DNA from: Dudresnaya verticillata
Taxonomy: Eukaryota
NCBI GenBank assembly: GCA_977862235.1
Contig: OZ374557.1
Span: 3,100,001-3,164,000, forward strand
Length of the DNA: 64,000 bases
Reading direction: 5' to 3'
Each line of letters begins with the position of its first letter. Position 1 is the first letter of the stretch. The notes under the pieces are model-generated. The model ran no database searches, was not told the DNA's origin, and worked only from the letters and a program-made list of their open reading frames with translations. Position numbers and translations under genes: made by a program. Shown here one piece after another: positions 38,723 through 49,847 of this stretch.

Positions 38723-41700
38723 AGGCGGCGCCGCTCGTGCGGTCGCGCGCACCGTCTTGTCCAACACCAGACCCACCGTCCCTTCCACCTTCGACGGCGT
38801 TGGGGGCAGCGAGCCCCCACGTCGAGCGCAGCGGCGCTTCGAAGGACACGAACGACGTCCCGGTCGACGGGACATCGTGGGCGACGCGTACCAAGCCACC
38901 CTGGCCGTCGCGGCGTCGACGCAAGCGGCAGGCTAGGCGAAAAGGGCGCAGCTCCCCAACGGCGGGACAGGCGGTACCCGACGCTCGACGCGAGGGTACC
39001 GGGGCTCCATGTATCGACGCAGAGCCGGCCACTACCCCCGATGGGTACGTGTGCCTCCTGTCCTCCGAGATTTACCGAGTGTCCGGGTCCCTCGGTGCGG
39101 ACCCGCGAGTTATGATACCCCACACCATCGCGGTGGACACCGGTTCCGGTTACAACCTCATCGCTCGAGGTGCCCTGCCCGCAGGCTGGGAGGAAAACGC
39201 GTCAGAGATCGACTCCGCGCCACGCCTGGCAGGCGCCGACAAGACTCCGCTGAGGCTGTCCGGCGTCGTCCACCTCTCGATGAGGTTGGGGAACACGATG
39301 TTCCGCGTGCCTTTCATCGTCGCCGACACGCTCGCGGTCGACGTACTGATAGGCACGCAGTTTGTCAACGCGCACGTGCGCGGAATCGACGTCGAGTCGA
39401 GAAGGCTGACGCTGAGGAAAGGAGTCTCGGTGCCCATCCTCAGCCGCAGGAACCCTAGCGAGGGAACCGATCCGGCAACGCAGCCGAAGAACCCATCGAA
39501 GGGTTTGTCAAAGAAGCACCAGCGGGAGCTTCTCGACTGGGATCACGATACCCACACCATACGCCTCGCTAGGCAGGTGGTTGTCCCAGCCTACTCGCAG
39601 AGGCTCGTCTCGGCGACGTCGGGGGCTAATGGGTTAATCCACACGGAGCCCAAACCCTCGTTGCAGTTCCGCCACGGCGTGAGACTGACCAACGGGGTGC
39701 ACGACATCGAGTCGGGGCGACCCTTCGGGGTTATCATGGGCAACTGGACGGACAAAGCCCGGACCCTACCGAAGGGTACCGTGGTTGGCTATGCGGTCCG
39801 CAACCCAGTCGCCCTAATAACCCCGAACCGCGACGTCGCGGAAGAGTTCGGGAGGGTGATGAATATCACCACCCTTCCCCAAAAAGGGCAGCGGCCCAGG
39901 GGTAGGGGGAGCAACGACCCCCCAGTCACGCCGTCGATGGCGAGGGGCCCCGAGCCCACAAAGCTCCAAGGGGCAGCAACCGCAGCGGCGGATAAAAGAG
40001 AGTCTGTCGAGACTGGGAGTCACAGGTGGACCTTTCGTCTATCGAAGACAAGGTCACCCGCGAAGAAGTCCTCGCCATGCTTCGGAAGCATCAGTCCATG
40101 TGGGACGGGAGGCTAGGCACGATTGCCGCTACGCAACACCACATCGACGTGGAACCCGGCACGCGGCCAATTCGCTCAATGCCCTATCGACAGGGCCCCG
40201 CTATGCGGAAGCTCGTACAGAACGAGGTCGAGACCATGCTGCGTGCAGGGGTAATCGAACCCGCCACGTCGGAGTGGGCATCGCCAGTCGTTCTGGCGCC
40301 CAAGAAGGATGACACGCTCATGTTTTGTGTGGACTATCGACTTCTCAACACCAAAACTCTGAGCGATGCGTACCCACTCCCACGCATGGATGACTGTATC
40401 GACAGTCTTGGCGACGCTGCCATTTTCTCCACGCTGGATTGTAACGCGGGGTACTGGCAAATCCCTGTCGCAGCGGCTGACAGGGATAAGACCACGTTCA
40501 CGACGTTCCTAGGGACGTTCCGCTACCTGCGGATGCCCTTCGGACTGAAGAACGCCCCTGCGACTTTCCAGCGTGCACTGGACATCATACTCAGCGGAGT
40601 TAGATGGCAGTGTTGTTCGATCTATCTCGATGATGTGATCATATTCTCGCGGTCGATCGCAGAGCACGTCGGTCACCTATACCGCGTGCTGACTCTGCTT
40701 CGCAAGGGCGGCGTGTCCCTGAAGCTGAAGAAGTGCCACTTCTTCCAGTCCCGCGTGGACTACCTCGGTCACGTGATCGAGCCGGGGAAACTACGCATGG
40801 CGAAGACAAGCATCGACGCGTTCCGCCATGCGCAGTTCCCGACCTCCCTAACGAAGGTGAGGTCGTTCCTCGGGGCGTGTAACGTTTACCGCCGCTTCGT
40901 CAGGAACTTCGCGAAGATCGCTCCTCCGCTGACGGATATGACCCGCAAAGATGTGGATGTGGATTTCGATAATCCAAGCGCAGCGGCGCTAGAGGCATTC
41001 GAGACGCTGCGAGCGACACTCTTATCGCCTCCTATCCTACGGCTCCCTCGCGAGGGCAAGCCGTACGTCCTCGACACGGACGCATCGGCGTACCAGCTCG
41101 GATGCGCCCTGCTCCAGGAGCAAGAGGACGGCCAGTTACACCCCGTTGGGTACTGGTCTTACTCACTAAGCTCAGCGGAGCGAAACTAGTCGGCCACGGA
41201 GCGCGAGTGCTTTGCAGTGGTGTGGTCGATCACAACCCTGCGTCCCTACATCGAAGGGACCCGGTTCACGGTACGAACCGACCATGACGCCTTGCGCTGG
41301 CTCATGTCTTTGACCGATTCGTCCGGTCGCCTCACCCGCTGGCGGTTACGACTCGCGGAATTCGACTTCCAGATCGAGTAACGCCCGGGTAGGGTACACC
41401 AGGTGCCGGACGCGCTGTCCCGCCTGGTGAGGCCTCGACGGCAGCAAGAGGAGGTTGACGACGACGTCCCTACCTATGACCCCCCTGCGGTCGACCGCCA
41501 GAAGGAGGGTGCCTCGAGTACCGAACCCAAGGCACCTTCGTTCTTGCTGACCACGCGGTCCCAAGCCAACGCGTCGACGCGGAAGGCGCCGGATCGACCG
41601 ACTGCAGTGGGCGGCACTGGCAGCGAAGCCAAGGAGCCTTCGGACAGCGACGAGCCACCGGGGCTTGCCGACGACGAAGCCTGGGACGACTGCGACGACG

Positions 41701-43270
41701 TCGACCTCTTCGACCCTGGCCGCATCGATGCGAGCCAAGAACCGACGGACCTCACCCGGGTTGAACCGGTGAAGCTCCCTTCACCAATAACCGCCGAGGA
41801 ATTGGTGGATGCGCAGCGGCGCGATTCTTTTTGCCAAACAGTATTGGCACGGCAGTCCCGTCGACGGGATAGTCACTTCTTCGAGGACGAGGACGGGCTC
41901 TTGTGCCGGCGTCACCCCTTCATCTCCTCGTTGGAGCAAATAGTGGTGCCCGAAGCGCTACAGCCGCGGCTTCTCACGCTCGCGCACCACTCCCTCCTGG
42001 CTGTCCACCCTGGCCAGAACAGTATGTTCTACACGCTCCGCGAGAGCTACTACTGGCCACACATGTCAGCGGACATAGCCATGACAGTTCGGAACTGTCC
42101 TCACTGTGCCAGGGACCGCATACGCTTGCGGAGGTCCCTTCATCGGTTGAAGTTGTTCCCGGCCACGAGGCCGCTCGAGTCGCTCGCGATCGATATCCTA
42201 GGGCCACTGCCCAAGACGAAGTCAGGAAAGCGATTCCTGCTCGTCATGACGGATCGATTCACGAAGCTGACTCAAGTAGCGCCGCTGCGCACCATCACAG
42301 CGTACCACGTCGCCATGGCGTTCTGTGAGAGGTGCATCTTCCACTATGGACCACCGAGGTCTCTGTTGTCCGACAACGGGAAGCAATTCACCTCTAAGTT
42401 CTTTCAGGCAGTGTGCCGCTACCTCGGACTGAACAACGTGTTCACGTCCGCCTACAGGCGAACGGTCAGGTTGAGCGCTACAACCGGACCGTCATGGCCA
42501 TGTTGAGGAATTACATCAACGATCACCAGGACGACTGGGATCGATACGCAGCGGCGTTGACGTATTCCTACAACTGCCATGTCCATCGCACAACGCGGAC
42601 GACACCCTTCAGCCTCGTGCTGTCCCGGCCGCCGCCGGAGTTCACTAAGTTTCATAAGGCAGCGGCCAGACCGAAACCTAGTGAGGACGTGCGCGCAGAC
42701 GTCCTCAAGCGGCTCGACGCCGCCTTCGCAAGCGCATCGAGCGCTCTCGACAAAACGCAGCGGCGTTACAAGAAAGACTTCGACAAGCGTGTCAGAAAAG
42801 TCAACTCCCGCATTCGAGCGGGAGACTACGTCTTCATCGACGCGAGCGACGGGGTTAAGAAATCCAAGAAGCTCCAGAGCCCAGCGATAGGGCCCTACCG
42901 TGTGCTGCTTAACGACAAGCGCACGCTGTTCATCGACAGAGGCGGCTTGGTCGAACGCATCGCAGCGGACCGCGCCGTCTACTGTCCCCCGCCGCTGCGG
43001 GAGGATACTGCGCAGCGCAGCGCCTACTTACCCACCACTGAGGAACTCGCGTCCAAAGCCGTCGACGGCCCGCGGTTCGTGGTGGATAAGGTCCTTGATC
43101 ACGGTACAGCCGACGATGGCACGCTCGTGTTCAAGGTGAAGTGGACCGGCTATCGCAAGCCGACGTGGGAGCCACGTTCCCATCTCCCCGAGGAGATGGT
43201 GAGCCACTATTTCGCATCGCAGCGGCGGCGAAACACCAACCGGCTCGAAGCCGTTCGCTCCTCCTCATAA
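38710..43270 (+). pseudogene. pol: Pol: aspartic protease, RT, RNase H, integrase, chromodomain; disrupted
   Basis: VDTGS; MPFGLKNAP and YLDD; DTDAS; H..HPG..CPHC, AIDILGP, SDNG, NGQVER, GPYRV; chromodomain 'VDKVLDH..FKVKWTGY..TWEP'. Lesions: frameshift near 40020, TAG 41187, TAA 41379 and frameshift near 42457. Confidence 0.95.
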
Positions 43271-44865
43271 CCCCTCGGCGGGGGCGCCTCGCGCTTGAGG
43301 AGGGGGCCGCAGGCATTCGTTGCCTTTTTGCAAAGGCAATCGATGCCTCACCCTACCCTGCACTGGGCACGGAGCCCAGACAGGTCACCCTTGCGCCAGC
43401 AGCAGCGGCAGCAGCGCAAGAGGGGCAGCAGAACGCTGATTCCGGCGAATCGATGCGCACAGGGCAGCTGCCAGCTAACCAAGCCTGGGGCAGCGGCCCC
43501 GGGCTGGTTGCACGCACTCGCAAGCGCGAGGCGACTCAGCCGATACCGCGCCTTCGCGCGTGACAGGCGTCGATGCCTCACGCACGCAAGGTAAGGGGCG
43601 CTGACGAGCGGCTACCGTAGCCGCTCACCAGTGCCGCGCACGCGGCGCTACCGTCGCTCATGCCAGTGCAACCCAACGCGCCAGCCGCAGCGGCTGCTGT
43701 GCGAGGAGGGGTCACAGCAGCGTGAGTGCGGAGCGGGCGCATCGCCGCGCCCAAGGCCGTCGCTGCCGAAGCGAAGTGGTGTGGGACAAAGGGCAGCGGC
43801 CCGATCGCCATTCCTCACTCGGATGCACCGGAGTGCCGTTGCACTCGATGTGCAACGGCACCCCAAAAGCGAGCGTCACTTTTGGCGTGCGCCTCGGCGC
43901 GGGGCGCACGCAGCGCATCGAGCGCGAAAAGTGTTCCGGCTACAGTACGTACTGTAGCCGGGGGTCGGGAAACACCCAACCAGGCCAGCGGGCCGGAAGG
44001 CAACAGCCAATGTAAGGGGTTGCGAAAAATCCCAAGCCAACGATTGGCTATAATTTGGGCGCAAACCGCCTCCCGGCGGGAGCAACAGCAGCGGCTGATC
44101 GAGTAGCTAGAAGCGGCGCGCCGCCGACAAGTGGGTGCGAGGCAGCGGCCTCACCGAAGCTGGCCGCTGTGGCACCAGGCGCCCAAGACGGGCGCGCAAG
44201 GGCAACCACTGTGGCCTCCCCCATGCCAAGGCGGCATGCCGCGCAGCGGCGCTGGGGAGCCACATGGGACCGGCACGCTTGCCAATTGCACCTGAGCAGC
44301 GGCTCACGCAAGCCCCGCGTCGAGAAGACCGCTGTCGTAGCGCAGTGGCGATGCACGCGGGCTCGACGCGCGCGCGCGCAGCACTCACCGTGGGCAGCGG
44401 CCCGATGTGGTGAGCTGCTGCGCCGGCGAACGCTCTCGCCACAAATAAGTTCACATCGACGCGGGCCGAAGCCATATCCCACCCCTTTCCCTTTTAACAT
44501 GTCTAACGACGCAGCGGCGTAACTGGACTAAAAGGCGCAGCGGCGCTCTAATCGCTGGGTGCCACGGCACCCGCGGACACTATGCGTCGTTCGCACTATT
44601 GGGAAGCGTTGCCCCCGGCCCCCGCTTCCGGCTGAGCAGTCATCGACGACGCAAAGCCAGGGGCGGAGGGGTCATAACCGGTCGCCTCGGCCGCAGCGCG
44701 CGGCTGAGTAGGCGCGGCAGCGCCCGCCGCGGTACCCGACGCCTGGTACACCGCAGCGGCGCCAGCGGCAGCGGCCGCTAACCCAGCAGGGCTCACTTGC
44801 CCCACTGGGGGACCATACCCCTGCGTCATGTAGCTCTGGGGGACGGGCGCAGCGGCGCCCGGCTG

Positions 44866-47475
44866 CTATGGGACTCCACTGCCCTGCACCACCCTCGACG
44901 GGGTGTAGCCGGAAGGGCCCCATGGGAGCATATGGCCAGCGGGCCCGACGGCATAAGGCAGCATCGGTTGCTGCGCAGCCTGCGCTGGCGCATATGACGG
45001 CATCGGCTGCTGCGTCGGCGCCAGCATCGGGGGCGGCTGGTACTCCTCTCGTGGCCGCTTGCCGAGGGACCCGACGACTGGGGATGAACGTGCAGCGCGC
45101 CTCAGCTCTTCCTGCAGTCGTTGCGCATCGTGCGCAAACCTGTCCCGCTCGGTGCGGTAGCGAAGGGCGATGGCGTTCGCAGCGGCGAGGTCGTCATGCG
45201 TCCCCGCTAGATGGGCCGCAAAGGCGGCAACGAGAGTGCGCAGCGGCGCGTCCTCACCCAACTGCACCAGCGCCGCGGCGCGGCGTACATTTTGGTCGCT
45301 CCAGAGGCTCGCCGCCACCGGCGCATCGAGCGCATCGGTTGTGGGCGGCGGCACATAAGCAGCCACCGCCATCGATGGCGGTGAGCCATACCTCACCGCC
45401 TGCCTCGACGGCGTATAGGCAGCGGGAAGCGGATCGACTGCTGCCTGCTTCTCCTGACCTCCACCCATGGCAGCGGCCGGGGGAGGTGGTGCCACAGCTC
45501 GAAGTGCCGGTGCCGCGGCACGTGGCACCGGTGGCAAGTCGGGCTCGGCCTCCGAAGCCATAACGGCAGCGGCCGACTTGGATGCCCCACCTATGCCCCG
45601 ACGAGCGCGCGGCTTAGCCGCCATCGAGACGTAGCCGCGATCCTTCCGCGGCGCGCGTGCGCGTTGGATCTTGTGAAAGGTCCCCGCCACCGGGTTGACC
45701 CCGCAAATGAACGCATCGACGCGTGTTGCAAAGTGGCGGCGAAGGGTGTGCCTCTCTCTGGCAGCGGCCACGAAGCGCGTCGTGTTCAGCAGCTGCTTGA
45801 ACTCGAACGTCACCGATGTCTTGTCCGGGCCTGCCGCGCCTCGGAGGCGTGGGAAGCCCGGGCGCCCGCTGCGCCACAGTACATCGAGGTACACCAAAAT
45901 GCGTTCGTCGAGGACCCAGCAAATTTCCTTCGATAGGATGTCGGAGGCGTAGCGACGCCCCACCTCAAAGGCATATTCGTCGGAGCGCCTAGCGAGGAGC
46001 TCTCGACGAACTGCCTCATTTCCCGCCGCGGCGTAGTGGAAATACCGCTCGATGCTGGGCCACGGGACGATCATGCCAGCGGGCACGTCCCGGTGCGAAT
46101 ACCACTCCGCGGAGGGAAACCACGACGCGTCGAGGGCCGGGTGCAAGCGGGCACCCGTGGTGATGAGCCCATCACCGGGAGCGCGGCAGGTGGCCCAGTC
46201 CCGCTCCCCTATGCACAGCCCGAGGAGGCGGCGCGCGCAGTCGGCATCGGCCAGACCGCGCACCTCCTCCGGCATCTCCTCGATGGGGAGGTCCCTCAAC
46301 CAGGCCAACGCGGCCGCGAGGGGCTTGTGGGACCCATCGACGGGTTTCACAAAAAGGGCTTCGGCGCCCTTATCCACGATCAGCAGCTGCTTGATCGTGG
46401 TGACGAACGAAACGTTACACGGTAGGCCGTTCGGTACGAGCCATACCGGCGATGCGGGCATAAAGGCGTTGTAGGCAGCGGCCCCGCCATCGTCGCTCGC
46501 ATCTGCCACGCGCAGGAGACGTTGGACGTCAATCCGTTGCACGGGCAACCGACGCCACTGGTCCAGCGGGATCTGGTGGCGCGGTGCCTCCCACGCGAAG
46601 ACAGTGGGAGGCAATGCATCTGCATTGGGCACCGCGACACCGAGTCGCTGGGGCCCAATCGTCATAGATACCCCTCGCATGGTGATAACCGGCAGAGGGG
46701 GAGCCACGGCAGCGGCCGATGACGACTCAATGGCAGCGGCCATGCTTGTCCCAGGGGCGGTCGGCGCCCCTGCCCCGGGGTCGCCTTGCGCCGATGCGCT
46801 AAGGCCCCGGCGGGGCACAAATGGAGCCGCAGCAGGCGGCATTCTGCTCCCCCTTGACGCGGAGGCCGTCGACGACCCCGTTAAGTCAAGGGCACGAGCC
46901 ACGGGTGGCGCATCGACTCGCGGAGCAGTGAAGGGCACAGCGACCGGGGCCGCCTCCTCTGGGCATGGAGCGGCAGCGGCCGCCCCACTCCGGTCCTGGC
47001 CTCCCAATCCTCGCAGCGGCGTGTCTTGGGTGGCCACCTCGACCTCCTCGTAGCTCAGCAGAGGTCGGGTCGCCTTGCCCCGGGCCAGCGCAGCGGCTGC
47101 TGGCACCGGGGGCACTTCGGCGGGAGACATGTCAACCGCAGCAGCGGGACGCATCTCCGATGTCTTGGCGGGCGCAGCGGCGCCTGCCCCAGCTTGGTCG
47201 GTAGCTGGTGGGCCGATATGCGCAGCGGCGCCGGCCCCAGCCGCCGACGCGGCAGCGAGGCCACTGGGCACCGAAGCAGCCACCGCAGCGGGCGGTGGGT
47301 GTGGCAGCGCAGCGGCGCCTTCCCCAAGCGCGTCCTGCGCCTGGGGTTGCTGGGCATCCGCCATCGGCTCCGCCGGTGCAGCCGTCGATGGCGCACCAGC
47401 GGGCGGCGGCGGCGTGGTTGCGGGCGCCTCTTCGTCAGGGGCGCCCCGGGTGGCAGACGAGCACGTCTTGGCCAT
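44866..47475 (-). CDS. Antisense extra ORF of the retrotransposon (Ala/Pro-rich ends, globular middle, short coiled coil); unknown function
   Basis: Open for about 1000 codons. Likely ATG at 47475 (MAKTCSS) or 47364 (MADAQQ). A probable frameshifted tail lies at 44596-44829. Confidence 0.72.
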   Translation of the reverse strand: MAKTCSSATRGAPDEEAPATTPPPPAGAPSTAAPAEPMADAQQPQAQDALGEGAAALPHPPPAAVAASVPSGLAAASAAGAGAAAHIGPPATDQAGAGAAAPAKTSEMRPAAAVDMSPAEVPPVPAAAALARGKATRPLLSYEEVEVATQDTPLRGLGGQDRSGAAAAAPCPEEAAPVAVPFTAPRVDAPPVARALDLTGSSTASASRGSRMPPAAAPFVPRRGLSASAQGDPGAGAPTAPGTSMAAAIESSSAAAVAPPLPVITMRGVSMTIGPQRLGVAVPNADALPPTVFAWEAPRHQIPLDQWRRLPVQRIDVQRLLRVADASDDGGAAAYNAFMPASPVWLVPNGLPCNVSFVTTIKQLLIVDKGAEALFVKPVDGSHKPLAAALAWLRDLPIEEMPEEVRGLADADCARRLLGLCIGERDWATCRAPGDGLITTGARLHPALDASWFPSAEWYSHRDVPAGMIVPWPSIERYFHYAAAGNEAVRRELLARRSDEYAFEVGRRYASDILSKEICWVLDERILVYLDVLWRSGRPGFPRLRGAAGPDKTSVTFEFKQLLNTTRFVAAARERHTLRRHFATRVDAFICGVNPVAGTFHKIQRARAPRKDRGYVSMAAKPRARRGIGGASKSAAAVMASEAEPDLPPVPRAAAPALRAVAPPPPAAAMGGGQEKQAAVDPLPAAYTPSRQAVRYGSPPSMAVAAYVPPPTTDALDAPVAASLWSDQNVRRAAALVQLGEDAPLRTLVAAFAAHLAGTHDDLAAANAIALRYRTERDRFAHDAQRLQEELRRAARSSPVVGSLGKRPREEYQPPPMLAPTQQPMPSYAPAQAAQQPMLPYAVGPAGHMLPWGPSGYTPSRVVQGSGVP

Positions 47476-47785
47476 ACCGCACGTCGACGTGGGCAATCGC
47501 GTCGAGCGAAGGGGGCGGAGTAAGCGTAGCACGGCACACACACGACAGCGGTCACTGGTGTGCTGCAGCGCGTGGGCGAAGGGGGGGTCGTGGAGAGCGA
47601 TACCCGCAACCTCCCCAGCGCCGACTCCGCAGCGATCCTTATATGCGCAGCGGCGCAGACAGGCGGGCACGCGCATACACCGTCGACGGGCGCGCGTGCC
47701 AATCACTGTCAACGGCCACTCGGGATTGCCATCGTGGCCCCGGCCCCGGGAAACCTCAACGGCCGTGAGCGGGGCGCTCACGCTT

Positions 47786-47797
47786 GAGGGGGGGCCG
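47786..47797 (+). other. Polypurine tract
   Basis: GAGGGGGGGCCG immediately before the 3' LTR. Confidence 0.9.
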
Positions 47798-48570
47798 TGT
47801 AGTATAGCTGTCAGCACACTATCAGCAGCGGCTGTAAGGTATGCTGGCAGCGCCGCACTGTAATGGTGCACACGATGACGCCCGCTGGCGAGTCGTGGTT
47901 GGGCAGCGTGCCCTTAGTTTTTTCGTTGAATTAGTAGCGGTCGACCGCATTGCTGCCGGCAGCGGCCGCACGCCGTGCCGCACACGACGCGCCCCTGTGA
48001 CGCTCTCCGGCACCGAGCCGTTGAGAGGGCCGCTGCCCGTTACGCCCCGCGCGCGCCCACGGGTAACCGTTACCCGGACGTGTCGACACGTGTATGGGCG
48101 CGCGCTCGCACACCTCCCGCGTTGGTGTTGTGGGCCTCACCTACTGTAGAAGTAGTCGTAGTGCACATAGTGTAGGGTATTTAAGACCGTCGTCCATCGA
48201 CGGCTCAGTAAACCGGGCAAGCAACAGCTCGCGCTGAAGCTTGCCCCCAGCCTCTTCGGGTTCGATCCCTTTGCCTTACGCCAGCGGGCGGTTTCCCTTT
48301 TTCCCTTGCCTCGCTAGGCTTTCTCCTTTCCATTTGCTTTCCGTCGGCTTCGTGCCGCCCTTCGACAAGGACGCTGGGATCCGGCCGCTGCCTACCCGCG
48401 TATGGTACGCCCCGTGCGCGCTCCGGCATCGACGCCGTCGATCCGCACCTGCGGGGCGCACTCGGCCGACACCTCTCTACCAACCCCAACAGCTACCCAT
48501 CGACGGGTCTGTGCGGCGGCTTCGGACCAGCAAGTATCAGACGTCGGATCGACCCGACGTCTATACTACA
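47798..48570 (+). repeat. 3' LTR
   Basis: 773-bp direct repeat of 35503-36275. Confidence 0.98.
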
Positions 48571-49570
48571 ACAGTTACCGCTGAAAGGGACGCATGCGTC
48601 CCAGATGTAACGCAGGAGACGGTCTTGGCTGCAAGGGACGCTTCCGACGCAGCTTTCTTGGAAGAAGCTCTGGAAAGTACTCCAGGGCCCCGCGATGATC
48701 AGGATTTATTTGAAGGCAATGAAGCTGACAAGAAAATTCAAGCCCTGAAAGCGGAGGTCGAGGAACTGCGCTTGAAGGTATCAACGTTAAATGCCACGGT
48801 GTCGGTAGAGCATCCTGCATTGCCCCTGAACGATGTAGTTCAGTCTCAGATTGAAGAACAGGTTCAGGCTCGCCTTTCTGAAAAGGAGGCCGAGTTCGAG
48901 GCCAGATTTCAAGCTGAGTTGCTCGCTCGACTCACCCGAGAGAAAGAAGCCCAGGCTGAGTGAGGCGCCACATTCGAAGCGCGGGTTCTACAGGAGGAGG
49001 CGCGACGACGTGAGCAAAATGGAGAGAGTTCCGAGCTCGTTCGGCTTCGCGATGAGGTTGCGCAGTACCGCGCTCGAGACGAGGGCAGCACCAGTACTGC
49101 ACAGCAGGAAGATGGTCCCGCGAGACGAAGCCGTCGTGTTCGCATTCCGTCTGAGGCATCTTTGCGTGCTCTCGGCCGTGCTGGTCTAGAGGATCTGGGG
49201 AAGAAAATGGAAAAGCTGAAGGATAGCATGTAGCCTAGGCTAAGTAGCTACTTTCTTGCGGCTTACTTCAAATGATCGCTGGGACGCATGCGTCTCAAGC
49301 TCCAAACCGTTTCAATCTAAAGATCTTCAAGTCGACTTATCTGCGAATTACCTATGGGTAGCTTGCAAGCTTAAAAATGTAAATTGCTAGCTTGTTGGTT
49401 AAATCAAATGTTCACTGGGACGCATGCGTCTCAAGCTCCGAACACTTTCAGTCGGAAGAATCATCTGCGATAAATCTCAAGCTAAAAATTGAAGCTGGGA
49501 CGCATGCGTCTCAAGCTGGAAAACATTTTCAATGGGAGTGGTCTTTGGCCAGTATATACTGGTGATATAC

Positions 49571-49626
49571 TAGTGATTTACAATTTTAAGCTTGGGATAT
49601 CCAAAGCTTAAAATTGTAAATCACTA
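49571..49626. repeat. 56-bp near-perfect palindrome between convergent genes
   Basis: tagtgatttacaattttaagcttgggat|atccaaagcttaaaattgtaaatcacta, with one mismatch. Confidence 0.92.
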
Positions 49627-49847
49627 CGTTGCTGTGTACATGTTGCAACAAATTTTCGCTTGGACGCATGCGTCTCAAGCTCCAACGCCCTTGAACTGGA
49701 GGACGCCTGGGTGTTAAGCTCGAAGGCATTTTCCAATCGAAAGATGTCCCATTGGCAAGCTTATGGGAAGCACGTAAAGTACTTGTTTACTTCAAAGGAT
49801 CATACGAGGCAAAAGATCATACGAGACATCGCAACGCGTATACGTAT

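Larger units (their letters stand above)
35503..48570 (+). mobile_element. Full-length chromodomain-bearing Ty3/Gypsy LTR retrotransposon
   Basis: Two 773-bp LTRs (TG..CA), 5-bp TSD ACAGT (35498-35502 and 48571-48575), PBS, PPT, and gag-PR-RT-RH-IN-chromo order. Confidence 0.98.
33406..49233 (+). pseudogene. ParB/Sulfiredoxin-like domain protein with repeat region and C-terminal coiled coil, frameshifted and split by an LTR retrotransposon
   Basis: 'GFRPYEPILL...YVLAGNHRTSAAREAGL' fits the ParB/Srx G-x-HR-x-x-A motif. The frame continues via 34380-35234 and 35117-35502, resumes at 48576 after the TSD within the same 48-bp repeat, has an in-frame TGA at 48961 and ends at TAG 49231-49233. Confidence 0.6.

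Noticed and set aside
41187..41381. Both in-frame pol stops sit at normally Tyr positions, hinting at readthrough or an alternative code
   Set aside because: Frameshifts also break pol, other stops replace Trp, Gln or Arg, and intact genes end at normal stops. Ordinary decay is sufficient.
43295..44590. Many overlapping short ORFs on both strands
   Set aside because: Expected in very GC-rich DNA; no domain motifs.
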